A DNA stretch of 64,000 bases from Psilocybe cubensis (lineage: Eukaryota): NCBI GenBank assembly GCA_017499595.2, contig CM039001.1, forward strand, positions 2,418,001 to 2,482,000, in the 5' to 3' direction. A program made the position numbers and the translations under genes. Below the pieces are notes generated by a model. That model saw only the letters and a program-made list of their open reading frames with translations. It was not told the DNA's origin and made no database searches. Each line of letters starts with the position of its first letter. The stretch's first letter is position 1. Below, piece after piece: positions 13,186 to 26,500 of this stretch.

Positions 13186-15230
13186 ATGGAGGATGACATA
13201 AGCAGGCCCAATGAGTCGATGTGGCAACCGTGACCAAATGTGCAGAATGCGGATAGTAGCACTAAACAGGCGCATTGACTGTCTGCCCCGCTTTCTCTTC
13301 TCACCTTCGTCCCCATCCATATCCCCGTCCTGCGTGCCCTCCTAGCTTGACCATCGCCTGTGCCACCGACTTCCATCCATGGCGTCGTCCAGGCCACCCT
13401 CTCCCCCTTTCGGCAAGGGCTATTTCTCTGTCCCATTTGAGCGCTTTGTACGCGACGAGTCCTTTGACTTAACAAGTGCCTTTACTCTCCTCGGTGTGTG
13501 TTCGCGCTCTCTCCCCCAATGCGCCAACTCACCTCCCACATGTTAGACACCGTCGAAACTTACTTCGACTCCCATGTCGACCTCCTCCAGCGCAAACTCC
13601 AGAAACACAGCGATAGGCTAAAGTTGAAGGCCGAGGAAACGTTCAAGATCAAGGACCTCAAACTAAAGGATCTCAAGATAAAGGATCTTTCTGGAGATCT
13701 GTTGGCCGACAATCTGGAGAGAGAAATCAGAAATTTCAAGCTCAAGGTGAGATATTCATGCCCGTATGCTGTCCGGTGTTCATATTGACGCGCCTTAAAC
13801 CAGCTGTCCACACGCGTTGCGTCTCTCTCAACATCATGGCAGTCGGCAAAGGTTGTCCGCACACGCGAAAAGGTTTCCTTTTTCATCGGCGTCATGACCC
13901 TCCTTGGTTCTGCTCTCATGTTTGGCATGGCCCCTCAGTGCGTCCTGTTTCAAATACACGTCCATTCTACCTTTTGACTGTGCTCTAGATGGGTTCACGT
14001 GGCTTATACTGTCCTGGGACTCTACCTTCTGCCTCTTCGTTTCTATCAATACAAGAAACGCGCATGGCACTATTTTCTTTTCGACTTGTGTTATTACGTC
14101 ACGATTCTTAATTTCGTCTACTTTTGGCTTTTCCCGTCAAGCCCTGCACTCTTTGTGGCTTGCTACTGCCTGTCACACGGATCGTTAGCGAGTGCTGTCA
14201 TAACGTGGCGTAATAGTCTCGTCTTCCATGACCAGGACAAAGTTACATCACTTTTCATCCATATCTATGCACCATTCTCCTTCACTGTGATCAGGTATAG
14301 TTCAATCAAGTATATTACATTATCAGCTCTTTAATGACCTCTTGTTATAGGCATTTCTATCCAAACGCTGAAGCGCGCTTCCCGGCGCTTAAACGAGTTG
14401 GAGACCTGAACCCTTTGCAAGCCTTGATACTCAGCGGCGCTATTTGTACGTCACATCCGTTATATATCGACTAAACTCTATTTAACCTTATTTTTTCTTT
14501 ATTTCAGATGCTATCTGGCAAATACTGTATTGGAAAGTAGGTATCCCAAGATATCCTCAAGTCATAGTTGTCAACTGATCATTCTCTAGTTCTTATTGGT
14601 AGACCGACGTGCCAAGATCGAATCCGGACAACGAACAACTTCGTTCTCTTTCCTCCTAAACGATAAACGAGGCGCAATCGGGCGCATGCTGTCTGCCGTA
14701 CCTCCACCTTATCGTGAAGCTTCGTTCATGGGAGGCCAATTTAGTGCGCCAATTCTTTTTATCTGCCTTTCTATTAGAATCTGACCCAAACTTTTTAAAG
14801 TTTATGCAATCCTTACAGAATTGCCGGCTGTATTTCTGCTGTACCATAGCTCCTTCTGGAGTGCGATGTTCTTGCTTGCCATCTTTTCTGTCAGTGTTTG
14901 GAATGGTGGAGGATTCTACATTGAAGTCTTTGGACGGAAGTCAGTTTTTTTTCTTTTGGTTCGCTTCTTTCTATACGCTTTACTTACAACAATTCTCACA
15001 GGTTTGAACGGGAACTGGAAGCGCTCAGAAAGGAAATTGCCGAAAGTTCAGCGCGGTCGACTTCCGGGACGTCTGGTGCCTCTACGCCGGGGACCTTAAG
15101 CAGAGGGGCAAGCCATACTGACCTTCTCTCTCTGAACCCGCAACTTGAGAACCTCGATCTACTAGAACCCCCCTCTGAGTCCAGCTCAAATTCCACCCCT
15201 TCGGTCGACGAAAGTAAGAAAGATATATAA
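13186..15230 (+). CDS. GPC1: Glycerophosphocholine acyltransferase (DUF2838/Gpc1), multi-exon membrane protein
   Basis: REKVSFFIGV, LPLRFYQYKKRAWHYFLFDLCYYV, CLSHGSLASAVITWRNSLVFHDQDKVTSLFIHIYAP, RTTSFSFLL, SVWNGGGFYIEVFGRKFERELE; start codon position approximate. Confidence 0.87.
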
Positions 15231-15714
15231 ACGATCTTCTTTCTCTCTTTCTCTCTCTCTTCATGACTACTGGTGCCAGCCCTTTTCATTGTACAATCAT
15301 CCACTAATGCGGCACATACTGCTCCACTATCACGGCCTTTTTATACTCGATATCGTGTCTCTACCAATCCATACCTTCCTCCTTTAGTATTTACGCCGTA
15401 CATTCCCAAGGACAGGCTCGCTGTAACGATGCCTTGTCAATCTATGAATACCTTTCATTCTTGTAATTTTATCTTGATTTTCTAGACATTACATATTATT
15501 ATACCTTTTCTTTCAGCGCCTCTTTTTCTTCTACTTTTTTTTGACTTGGTGCCTTATTTTTGTGAACGACATCACGATTTATGACTTTGTAATATAATAA
15601 TACCCTTTTCTTGCATTAATTGTTTCCATTTTCTGTTTTTGTTTACAAAAAGTAAAAGATAGGATGGGTTCACCATCATACGGTTTGTATTTTCTTCGGT
15701 TGGTAGTTTAAATA

Positions 15715-17213
15715 TTACAGTGTAGCTTCCCCGTTGATATCGAATTGTTGCCATTGATTGCCACTGAAGATCCATCCTCTGAAAGGTCCATGTTCACTCA
15801 GTAGCTGCTGCTTAGCGCTTTGATACTCAGTGGATGCTTCTTTTTCCCGGAGGTATATATCTATACGTCTGGAATCCTGGTTCAGAAACTCGGATTGAAG
15901 GTGAAAGAAGCAATATGCATACTTGGTTGTATCAGGGTTCACAAGTGCAAGAACATCTTTGTAGAGGTTGAAAAAAGATATTCTGGATAAGCATGGCCTA
16001 CATTAGGTCAATAGTCAGTTCTCTCTTTCTGACATAAAATGTATATACAACATACCTCGACTTCTCCCTATACCGATGTTTTGGAGAAACACCACGTTTG
16101 AGGCCGTTGATCAAAATCTCCAAATGTTTAGAGTCGCTGGACCAGCATATTGCTAAAACAAAGCAATCGTTGAATTTACGAAAAAGTGAAAATAAGGGAT
16201 ACTTACACCCATTGCAAGACGATGCCGATCCAAGGACTGCGCGCGAATGTGGAAACGGATGGTCCGTAAAATAAACGTTTGGATGGCGCACAGAGAAACC
16301 CACAGGCAGATCTTAAAGTATCATAAGCCATCACAGCGCACTGCACAGAAAAAAAAAACCAGACAACAAACCTTGAATCACACCCAACCTCTTCCAAAAC
16401 GCACGCTCGCAATCTTCCCTAGACACCTCTCTCAACTCGAGCGGAACCTCTCCAACCACTACAGCTTCGATATACAGCGGCGATAGCAACGCAGAGCCCA
16501 GTGCGCCTTGGATACCGAGAACGTTCCATCGGGCAATCTTATCGCTGCACGACATGCAGGCTGTCGGGGGCGAATCTGCGCGCCCGGGTTTGGTGCGCAG
16601 GACACCGAGGCGCGCGTAGTCGTCCCTCCCCCGAGAGGCGGCTGTGGGATCCAGTTCAGGGAACACAGACGCGTTTTTCATCGCGGCCATAACTTCGTCT
16701 TGTGTAGCGGCCAAATAACCCATCGACGCGTCTCCACCTAGAGTGTTATGGTGAATTGACAGTTCAACCTCATAGAAGACGGGTGGGCGCACAAGGGAGA
16801 GTGGACACGTAGAGATTGAGGTGAACGCCCTCTTGCAGGGTATACTTGCCATTCGCTCCGAGCTCTATCCAAGTGGATTTGAAAGGGTTGGTATCGTCCG
16901 ATGAGGAATGTATGCGCGCGATCTCTTCCAGGAACCACCGTAATGCAGAACGCCGTGCCAAAACTTCAGCGTGGCAATCATGTATGGTTTCTCCTCTGGG
17001 AGAAAATCGAGCCGTAGGTAGACATTTGGTGCCAGTTGCGAGGCTGATGATTTTTAAATCGTCTGCTTCAGTAAATGTTGAATGGCGTCGAGTGAGAAAG
17101 AAAGAAGCTAATATAGTCCATTGGGAATGTTGAGGTTTGTACGAAAAGGTCGAGTAAGTGTTGAGGATTGCTACGACTGCAGCATCATAGATAAGTTCGT
17201 GATCAAGAAGCAT
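15715..17213 (-). CDS. TAD1: tRNA-specific adenosine deaminase (ADAT1/Tad1)
   Basis: [38 protein letters not shown](G)[52 protein letters not shown]...FRGW. Confidence 0.92.
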
Positions 17214-17470
17214 CTAAGTGCAGTTCGGCTTCTTTACGAATTGTATCCTTCATGCGTCTATCTAGTGCTGAGAGCTACTGATGTTAATAATACAAATAAT
17301 GAAAAAGTATGTGTCTACGAAGCAGGTGTGGTTATACGATGGCAATGAAAAGTAAAAGAAAGAAAAAACAAGAAATGAAGTAATTTTCCAACAAAGCGGG
17401 ATAGTAAAGCAATGCAATTCAACCAATTTCTAATTTTGCATGAGGTCCAAAATATGGTGAGCGGGAAACC

Positions 17471-20400
17471 TCAACAATCCGCATTGCCAGCACCAAGGTT
17501 AGCCTTCTTATGCCGACTCTTCCGTGCCATAAGGCGCGACGAGCGGTCTTCCAGTGGAGGCAAAAATCCAAGTGTCGGCTTCATCGCCTTAGCAGCGACC
17601 TCCGCCTCCACAGCTTCCTGCCGGAGTTCATCCGCAGTGAGAGGTGTGTCGGCCATCGGTGACCGCACTTCCTCATAATTTTGACTCGGAGGCTCGTACT
17701 TCATCGTCTGTGGGTTCGCGTACACGATGGGCAGAGGCGCTTCGTACCCTACGATTCCGAGTTGTTTGCAGTAGTATTGCACGGCCGCGTGGAACGCCGT
17801 CTTGCGTGCATTCCGAAGACCCCAATTCTGCCAGTTTCTGAAAGAGTATAAAATTGAACGCCTTCGTCATCAGTGAACAGATAAAGAACGTACCCATTAT
17901 GCCCGATTCCAATAGTCAGCTCCAGATACCTTTGGAAAGCGATATTCTGGAGGGTTATACTTGTGCTCGGCTCAAACCAACGGTTCTCTTCCGTCGATAA
18001 CCAGGTATTCAAACATTTCTCAAGTGCATCAAGCTTCGTAAGGGGTGTAGTCCAAGCCACTTGCATGGTTAAATTCTCGAATGTTTTACCACTCCGCCTG
18101 ACATTGAGGCTAGTATAATTGTACAACGTCAGAATGGGCGCAGAAGGATCATTTGGCAACGTACATAAATTGATTGAACAATTGGCTGTTGAAATAGTAG
18201 GTTTCCGTGCCGTCTGAACGAGTAAATACAGTGGCGAATAAGCCAACCTTCTTGACGACAAGGTTTTCCTCTGTAAAACTTGCTTAGAAACGAAAAGGAG
18301 CTATGAAGTTGTAGAACGTACGTCCAATGATAACACGGTCACCAGTATCATAAGGACTAAAAGAATCCGTTAGCAAATAAACGAAGAGGTGATAAACTAG
18401 CAAAACTTACTGCGTCACAAACAACAGCATGATCGAATCGAACGCAGAGCTGGCCGCATTCTTGAAGATAAAGCTCGCGGCGATACCAAGAGTGTACACA
18501 CTCGAGAGAGACTCGCCAACATTGACATTGAATACACTTAATGCAATGAAAAACAAGACGATTCCTGCGAGGATCAACAGAATCCTATTTAGGGTCGCCA
18601 AAGCCTCGCCCACGTCGCGCATTGACCGCGAAAGGAATCGTCGCTCCCTGTAGACTTTGAGCACCGCCGTTTTAAGCTCTGCACGCGAGAGGTCGCCATT
18701 GTTGTCTTTGTCAAACACTTTGAAGGCCTCTTCGGCTGAGGCGTGGTCTGGGAATGCAGGGTAAAAGTCGGAAGGTATGAGCCAAGTCCGGCCGCTGTTC
18801 TTGAGTCGCATGTAGATGGACTTTGCCAGTCTCTAAATTTGGATCGTTAGATATTCATATTGGATCTTGGAGAAGGACTAATCCGATGACCTTTGCTTCG
18901 TGTGAAGAATTGACATTCCATGCTAGACCGTCCATCGTTCCGTCTTTACCAGCGAGATTGCGAGCGTCATGCATCAAGGCAGTTTTGACGACCTTTGCAG
19001 CCTGCCTGATAGCTCTATCCGTACCCCCGTCCAAACTCTGTCGCGGGGAATCAGAAGTGGGTGGGTATCGATGCGGGTTCAGATGGCTGGGCATTGTCGG
19101 GGCTGTAGCCGAGTACACCTGCCCCTTCGAAGGAGACATGGGTGACATCTCGATTTCAACCTCCATGCCATCTTTTGTTATGGTTTCATCTTTGACTTTG
19201 ACTTTGTCTTTACCTTTGGAACGGTGGGTTGTTGAATGCAACTTGTGCTTACTGGAAGGAGTGGGTTCATCTGCACTAGACTGTGATCCAAACCATTTCC
19301 TGTGTTTACGGTGAGGTGAATTGATCAGGGTGCGATCACCATCTTCCACATCACCGTCATGTGCGTCGTCGTCACGAAAATCGACATCTGTATTTGAGCG
19401 CGTTGGGTGTGGGCCGACGTTTTTCAAGGCCCCGGTGAGTGCTTTGGAGTGTTGTTTATCAGAAAAGGGAGAGATTCCAAGATGTCCAAAAATGGGAGTC
19501 CTTGCTCCTGATTTGAAGTTGGGCGTTGATGCAGGGTATTTGGGACGGTACTGGCGGAGTTTCTCGATGACTACCAGAGTCTTTTCGACGCTTTCAATGC
19601 GCTCTTTGTATGCCGTACGGTGAAAGGAAAAAGCTAAAAGAGTATCAGCATATAAATACATAAACACCGAATAGGCGTACCAATAAAGTGAGATAGCATG
19701 CCCTGGGCACACCAAACAAGAACCAGAAAGAAAAAGAATTCAACAACTGGGGATAACTAAAGGACGTTAGTCATGGCTGTATTGTAGAAAGAGGGTCAGC
19801 ATACCCGAATCGTGTAACGGGCCCTACTCTTTTCAGGTTCGTTTTGGTCGTATAGTTTGTAGATATGAACGAATATGATCACCCAACTAGCCCACGTACT
19901 TCCGGCATAAAATGCAGGTTTGGCGGTGTCCTTGACAGAGTCGTAGGTTTCTATTTTCGTTTTGATAGATTCGGAAACGTGGCCCCATACTGCCGAAATG
20001 AAAAAGCGGAACAGGATAGGAATTATGTCAATGATCATGGCAAGGTACCACGATATCAAGACGTTGGATGCTGCCCAGAAAAACCATGCCTGGACATTGT
20101 CTCTGACATATCGGCGGTGGTCTGAAGGGTCTGGTTTGAACCAGAAAAAGTGTACAAGCAATGCAGGTGTGACCAGTATGGCGGATAATAAAGTCGACCC
20201 GATCAGGGAAGAGAAGAGCAGTGAGATGATTCTGTTGTTAAAGTAAATATTGGGTAATCGAGGAGCGTACAACCTGAAAAAATAACTCACCTGCGAAACC
20301 CCCAGCCTCTACGTGGCGGCTTGCTGCCCATCTGCTTGCTATATTTTGCCTCCTCGTCAACAAGATCTTCCTCGTCCGACCAATCATAGTCCTCGGAATC

Positions 20401-20835
20401 GTCGTCAGTACCAGCTATAGACGAAGCACGAGAGCTCATGATGTCCGAATCATGGGTAGATAATGGATATGGCAAAGGTGTTGGTTTATCAAAGCCTTCT
20501 GGAAACTGGACAATTTTCGGAGGCCGATGCTTGTGGTCATCATGATCGTTCAGGGAGATGTCGACGGTGTCGGAGTGCAGCTGGTCGCGCTTCTCTTGCT
20601 GGATGACATTGTTCAAACTGGACGAGGATATATCACGGGAGATGTACCCGGGAGGAGCCTGTGAAGAAAGAGGGAAATTTGCAGCTGCTTGATATTCACG
20701 AAGGTCAAGGCCAGCTGGACCACGATTAGGATTTTTCAAGATTCCCTGGACCATATCGTCGGCGGAGGTAGACCGAGAGGCAAGAAAATGGGAAGCCTCG
20801 TCGGCTGGGGCATGGTTGTTGTGACGACTAGGCAT
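17471..20835 (-). CDS. MscS-like mechanosensitive channel with EF-hand (Msy1/Msy2-type), multi-exon
   Basis: Several TM helices, FHRTAYKERI, EF-hand FDKDNNGDLSRAE, SLSSVYTLGIAASFIFKNAASSAFDSIMLLFVT(H)PYDTGDRVII, NVRRSGK. Confidence 0.9.
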
Positions 20836-21084
20836 GGATAATAGTGGGTGCGGGAGGGCCGCTGGAGGTAAAAAATTGATTTGCGATGCTTTGACTTATA
20901 AGTCAGTAGGGTGATCGAGTTGGGGCCCCTTCGGCTAAATAGCGAGGTTATTAATAACACGCCAAGTGAATCTGAGATGCTGCATTGTGTGGAAGGAAAG
21001 ATGCACAACAGTGAACAACTAGCACTAGTGTTAGTAGAGAATAAGTTGAAGCATCACTCTCAGCCAATCAACTCGCCCCAGCTA

Positions 21085-21092
21085 TGACGTCA
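21085..21092. promoter_or_regulatory. CRE/ATF-type palindrome TGACGTCA upstream of coiled-coil paralog 1
   Basis: Perfect TGACGTCA about 55 bp before ATG 21146. The same motif with a following GCCCCT lies upstream of paralog 2. Confidence 0.4.
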
Positions 21093-21145
21093 TGGCCCCT
21101 GTCCTGATAAATACTCGCCAGTCCATCCACTCTCCTCACACCACC

Positions 21146-21850
21146 ATGGCTACTGTCTCGCGAAACGTATCTGTAAAATCCACCTCTCCAGAAATAATCA
21201 AGAAAATCGAACAGGAAATTGTCAAAGAGGCAAAAAACGAGGAGCGCAGCCTCAAGGACGTCGTCAAGGACCTACACCGTGCCGAGAAGGACACCAACAA
21301 AGCCCACAAGGTATGCCTCCTCGTATATTCAAAATTCGGCGCTCATCGAGTATATCAAGTCTGCTGTCAAAGCTGAGAAGGCTCTCGAAAAGGCAGAAAA
21401 GAGAGAGCAGAAAACCCTCAAGAACCTCTATCGGGCGGAAAACGCCCACAACATCGCTCTCGGTCACGTTACCCACACCCAGCATGAATTTGAGGTGATG
21501 CTTTCAATTCTACGAGCATAGCATCCGACTGACTCTTAGTAAGCTGGCGACCAAGAAACACACCAAGATGAGAGAGTTACTCCAGGCCAAGACAACCAGG
21601 GTCGATGAGGCTATGAAAGCAAATGACGAACATACGGTATGCCCACCAAGTACCATCAAAGAAATTCACATCCGACATTTGTCTGTAGAAAACCCGTAAT
21701 GCAAGACTTGCAGCACTGCAGGGCCCTTCCGCTACAGAAGAAGCGGCCAGGGTGGTTCCTGACCCAACCTCTGTTCCTCCCAAAGAAGTAGGGACCGCCA
21801 TTCCAGAAACTGTAATCACACAACCCAACGGTGTTCGGGTCAACAACTGA
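21146..21850 (+). CDS. Small lysine/glutamate-rich coiled-coil protein, paralog 1 of a tandem family (4 exons)
   Basis: SPEIIKKIEQEIVKEAKNEERSLKDVVKDLHRAEKDTNKAHK|...LKNLYRAENAHNIA...EFE|...DEHT|KTRNARLAALQGPSA. Sequence and intron positions are shared with the genes at 51079 and 52469. Confidence 0.8.
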
Positions 21851-22269
21851 GAATATTAGCTACTACCATACCCCATTTCCTGTCGCCATTACTTCCTTTT
21901 TGTTCATTTTCATACCCTACTAAATTCATACCTTTATGCTAATAGGAGCTCTGTAGACAGGATGCTGTCATGTACATGCATATAATAGTCATATACCAAT
22001 TTTAATTCCCTTTGTACTGTGTGGAGCTTCGATGCACAGCTCGAAATCACCCATCAGCGACATGCGTCAAAAGAAGGCCACTGTGGGAATAAAAAACAAT
22101 ATTTATTAATGGACCATTTTCCTTAGCATATGGTGTTGCCACGCAGCAGAAATACCAAAATATTTGCGGCAAATTATGCCGGTAGTTATTTGTCAAAGTC
22201 GCCCTAAATCATGATGTAATGAACGGGGCAGAAATTGGGTTGACGACATTCGGATAAGAGCGAGCCTAG

Positions 22270-22590
22270 AAGCGCCCCATATTTAGTGGTTCCGGCACGC
22301 ACCATATTCTGGGTAGGGCGGCAAGCCCTATTTTTTGGCGCTTCGGCACGCACCATATTCGCAAGCACCGTATTTCGGCGCTTTGGAGCGCACCATGTTC
22401 GGGGTATGGCGGCATGCCGGATATTTCATGCTTCGGCATGCGCCGCGTTCCCGAGCACCATATTTTGGCGCTTAGGCAAGCACGGTATCGCTGCCACCAT
22501 GTTTTGGTGTTTGGCACACGCCATATTCAGGATATGGCAAGCATCATATTTTAGTGCTTTGGCAAGCACCATATTTCAGTGCTTAGGCTA
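22270..22590 (+). repeat. Left subterminal array of degenerate ~24-bp repeats (GGCA[AC]GCACCATATTT..G[CT]GCTT)
   Basis: Roughly a dozen variants of gcaccatatt, e.g. ggcacgcaccatattc and ggcaagcaccatatttcagtgctt, about 190 bp inside the left TIR. Confidence 0.8.
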
Positions 22591-22888
22591 ACAGCTCTTA
22601 TAAATGTTTTATAAACCATCCTAATATGATGAATTTTAGTACAGCAGATTTTGAAGTGTATCAGACGATAGAGCGAGCAAAGAATTTATTGCAAATAAGC
22701 AGTAGAAGAGTATAAACGCGGGCCAGATACATTAAAAAGGTTTAAAGTAAAGCAAAAGAGGACATGTTAGGGGAATAACCCAATAGCCTCACGGAATATC
22801 CTGTTCAGTAAAAACAACTAATAAGAAAGACTGCCACCGACGTCAGTGCATACAGTAGCGGCGGCGTATTCAGCCCTTTCTTCCTTCT

Positions 22889-23460
22889 TCAAGTGGTATG
22901 CTTCTGACGGACAGACCTACGCAGAGGCTGATCTAAATGTTAGCAAATATTACTGACCATTAAAACATGATTATACCAAGTTCTCCTTTTCGCCCTCGTT
23001 AGGATCCGCAGCCCATCTCTTACGTTTTTTTCCAGCCTTCTCGTCAACCGGTTTTGACAAATTGTCAGCCAAAACACCTCCATTGCGGGCATTTGGGCTG
23101 GTGCTGGGTTCCGTAGAAGGGTTTGCAGGATCAGTTTGAGTTTCATTATTGACCGTTGTTGATGAGTTTTTGTTCGGGGTGTTATTGCTTTTTGAGGGGA
23201 GATTCTCGTCATCCATTGAGATTTCAGTAATAGTAGAAAGCTCGCCATACAAATATGCAGACTGTACAATCATCACAAGTATAAGCAGAAGGAAAAAGCG
23301 GTTATAGTCAAAATTAAGAGCATACATTGAATGCTGGCTTGCAGGGAGTTTTTCGCTGGAGGCGTGGGGGTTTTGATGTAAGCTGATTTTCCGCCTGCGC
23401 CTGCATGGCTTGTAATGAATTACTGCCCCCCGCTGCTCGGAGCGGAGTTTGAGGAATAGG
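22889..23460 (-). CDS. Low-complexity coding exons: either the 3' end of the RTC4-like gene or a separate small cargo gene
   Basis: ORF 22971-23327 (DDENLPSKSNNT...KKRKRWAADPNEGEKENL) is bordered by splice-like sites; a last exon reads PLRRSVRQKHTT*. Confidence 0.4.
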
Positions 23461-23557
23461 GCATGATGGCTGAGGAGTATGGCACCTCGGTTGTACTTGC
23501 TCTATTGGGGCCTAAAAGAAGAAAGAATGTTTAAGCAAAGGGCAATAAATGCAAAGA

Positions 23558-26500
23558 TTAAAAACGATAGAATACTTCAAGATATTGAGGATTTCGCTTT
23601 AGAAGTGCTGAAAAAACTTGATGTAGAAAGTTATCCACGGAATTCATCTCATCATTATCGTCAAGATGACCGTGATACAACTTCCCAAATGATGCACTTT
23701 CCCTCCGAATTTTGTCGGCGTCATCGTAGGCACAGTTCATATCTTCCATAATAAGCAGGTTGACAACGTGGGGGACCATGACCATGTCGAAAAATGATTC
23801 AGCGTTGAACGCACGACTTTTACGCACAGATTCTGATAAATTTGTGAATTCATCCCAAAACCTATATGCATCCTCTGACGAATATGCTGCCAAAGCGTCC
23901 TCTTGTCCAGAGATCTGTTCCACCGGAGATTTGAGTCTGTACAAACCTATGTCAAACGTACTGTCGACGAGCAACTCGGTAACATAGTTTAAATCGCCGT
24001 CTACAACAAGCTGAGTCCAATAGCTTGCAATCAGACTACGCACAATAGGACCATAGCTAGCCAATATTTTAGTTACGTAGATAATATATTGGAAGATGCA
24101 ATGAACGTACTATCCTGCAGATGCCACATTATAACAATACGGCGCTCTCTTGTCTAGTTGATTTAGGAATGATAATTTTGGGGTTTCGCATTTAAGAAGC
24201 ATTAAGCCCACAAATCTTCGCCATGGCAGAGATGTTTCGAATCTTGCACAATCCGTGCCGGAGCCTTCGAATATCATAGGGAAATTGTGCTTTACGTGAA
24301 GCTCAGCGATACGGTTGGCTACCTGGTCATAATCAATCTCGGCCACCGGCCAACCATTGCTGCGTGCAGCATCCAGCGAACTTGTCAGTCTCTCTTTGGA
24401 TCTGAAATAAAGGTGGCTGCAGAGGAGCTGGCTTTTGAAGGACATATTCTGGGCTGCCTTGAGACGGTTGCGATTGTTGGCAAGGCGAAACTGGGCACGC
24501 GCAACGGCATACTCTTTCATTATCATTTTCAAAGAAATATCTATCTCATCTTCAGGCGGGATTGTGTGATGGGGGTCGTCGGATTTAGAACAACCTTGAT
24601 GAGGGCATGATTTGATAGAAAGGTAATCCGAGCCATCCAATACGATCTAGACCGTTAAGAGGGTCAGCATATACCCAATAGAGACGGTCGACACTGAAAC
24701 AATCCTGTACCTCATTCTTCTGGAACGTAGCCTTCGGCTGGGACGTAGCCTTCTCCTGGGACGTAGCCTTTGGCTGGGACGTAGCCTTCGACGTAGCGTT
24801 CTCCTGGGATGTAGCCTTGGCCTGGGATGTCGTGTTCTCCTCAGAAGTAGCGTCTTCGCTGGGCGGAATAGTCTAAAGGTACGGTGATCTTTCAGTCAAA
24901 AAACAGATAGAGTGTGTAGACTTACCGTTGATTGTGATACCTCGTTATTACCGTCATTTTTCTGAGCGCATATCACGAGCACAGGGGTTAGAAATGTAGA
25001 AAGATACCGGCACATTTTCGAATGCAAACCTTTGCTTTCTTTTTGGCTAGTTCCTCAGCCTCAAGACTCGCTGCTTCAGCCGAGCGTTTCTGCAAAATGT
25101 GAAGTTAGATAAAGTAAACAATATGCCATCCAATTAAACAATACATACCATACGCTTAATCTCATGTATAGATTGCAAAGATTTGACTACTTTGCTCTAG
25201 AGTACGTTGAATAAGGCACCTTTTGAGGAAAAAAAAAACAAAAATGATAGCACACCTCTTAGAATGTAGTAAATTGTTAGTAGCAAAAAATTAGCATAAT
25301 AAATAAAAATCATTCGTTACCAACTACGGTACCGTTAAATTTACGCGGCAAAGTAGCTGTGGAAGAGCCAATCTCCTATACAGTAGTCATCAGCGGTGTT
25401 TGTATACTGAAGGCATGTATTTCCTACCTTTGATTTCTGAGAATAAAGATGTACAATAAAATGAAGCGCAGCGGTTGGTAAGATATGAGCCATACCTCTT
25501 TAGACGTACGCTCTTTTGAAGCGTTGGGGTCAGACTGTGTGGAGGCCTTTAGAGGCTCTGGGGCCGGAGCTCGATTCTCTTTTTCAACTTCCTGAAACTC
25601 GGGGTTTAGGCATAAAAATTAAAACATTGGACTTAAAAAAAACACACACATTGTGAGCTTCAGGCTTGGAAGAACCGGGTTTTCGTCCTGCTTTGGACTT
25701 CGCAGTTGGCCAGTGGAACTTGAGAGTGGAAGCTTCTTCTTGCACAGGACTGGGCAAGGCGGTCAAACCAATTGCAGGAAGGGCAGTATTCTTATTCTAG
25801 ATAGCATTCTGTTAAATTTATAACCCACGGCATAATCATGATGCTTGGTACCTGTATTTCAGAGTTAGAACGAAGCGGCTCTTTGCCTGTATTCTGGATT
25901 TTCCCATATAAACATTGAGCAAAGAATGGGAGGCAAAATTATAGAAAATAAAGAGCACCTTGACACCCTTGTTGGCCTTGGCCTTTGCAGTCACTTTTGA
26001 ATTTAAGACTTTGTCCTCTTCATCGGATTGATCGCTCTCGCTCTCAACAAACTTAAGCTTGCGTGCCTTACGCGTTACAGATCCAGGGGTCTTCATAATC
26101 GATCGTGGAGGAGGCTTGGATTTGGGAGTTGATGAAGGGGAGACGTGACGCTCTTTTTGCCGACCGGTCTTTGTGCGAGAATCTTGAGGTTTAGCTGATT
26201 CTGCACTGTTGCTGTTCAGCGCGGGTTTTGATGCCTTTTCCTAAGCACACTCCAAGGTCAATTACACCGGCATGCATTAAATTAACGCCAACTTACACGA
26301 GTAGTATCTTCTTGATGGTGTTCCTTGGACTTGCCTGCCAAATCCTCGTTGTCGGAGCATTCCTTGTCATTGGAGCATCCCTCGTCATCTTTCGCGTTGT
26401 TGAAGACATTATTGAAGTTTTCCTCGTCGTCCGAGCTGCAACTAATATTGTCCATCTCTACTTCAATGGGCCCAGAGTCATTAGCAGCCGTTCCATCGCC

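Noticed and set aside
22270-22590. Repeat array superficially resembling a CRISPR array
   Set aside because: Eukaryotic context, degenerate units without unique fixed-length spacers, and no cas genes. Better explained as transposon subterminal repeats.
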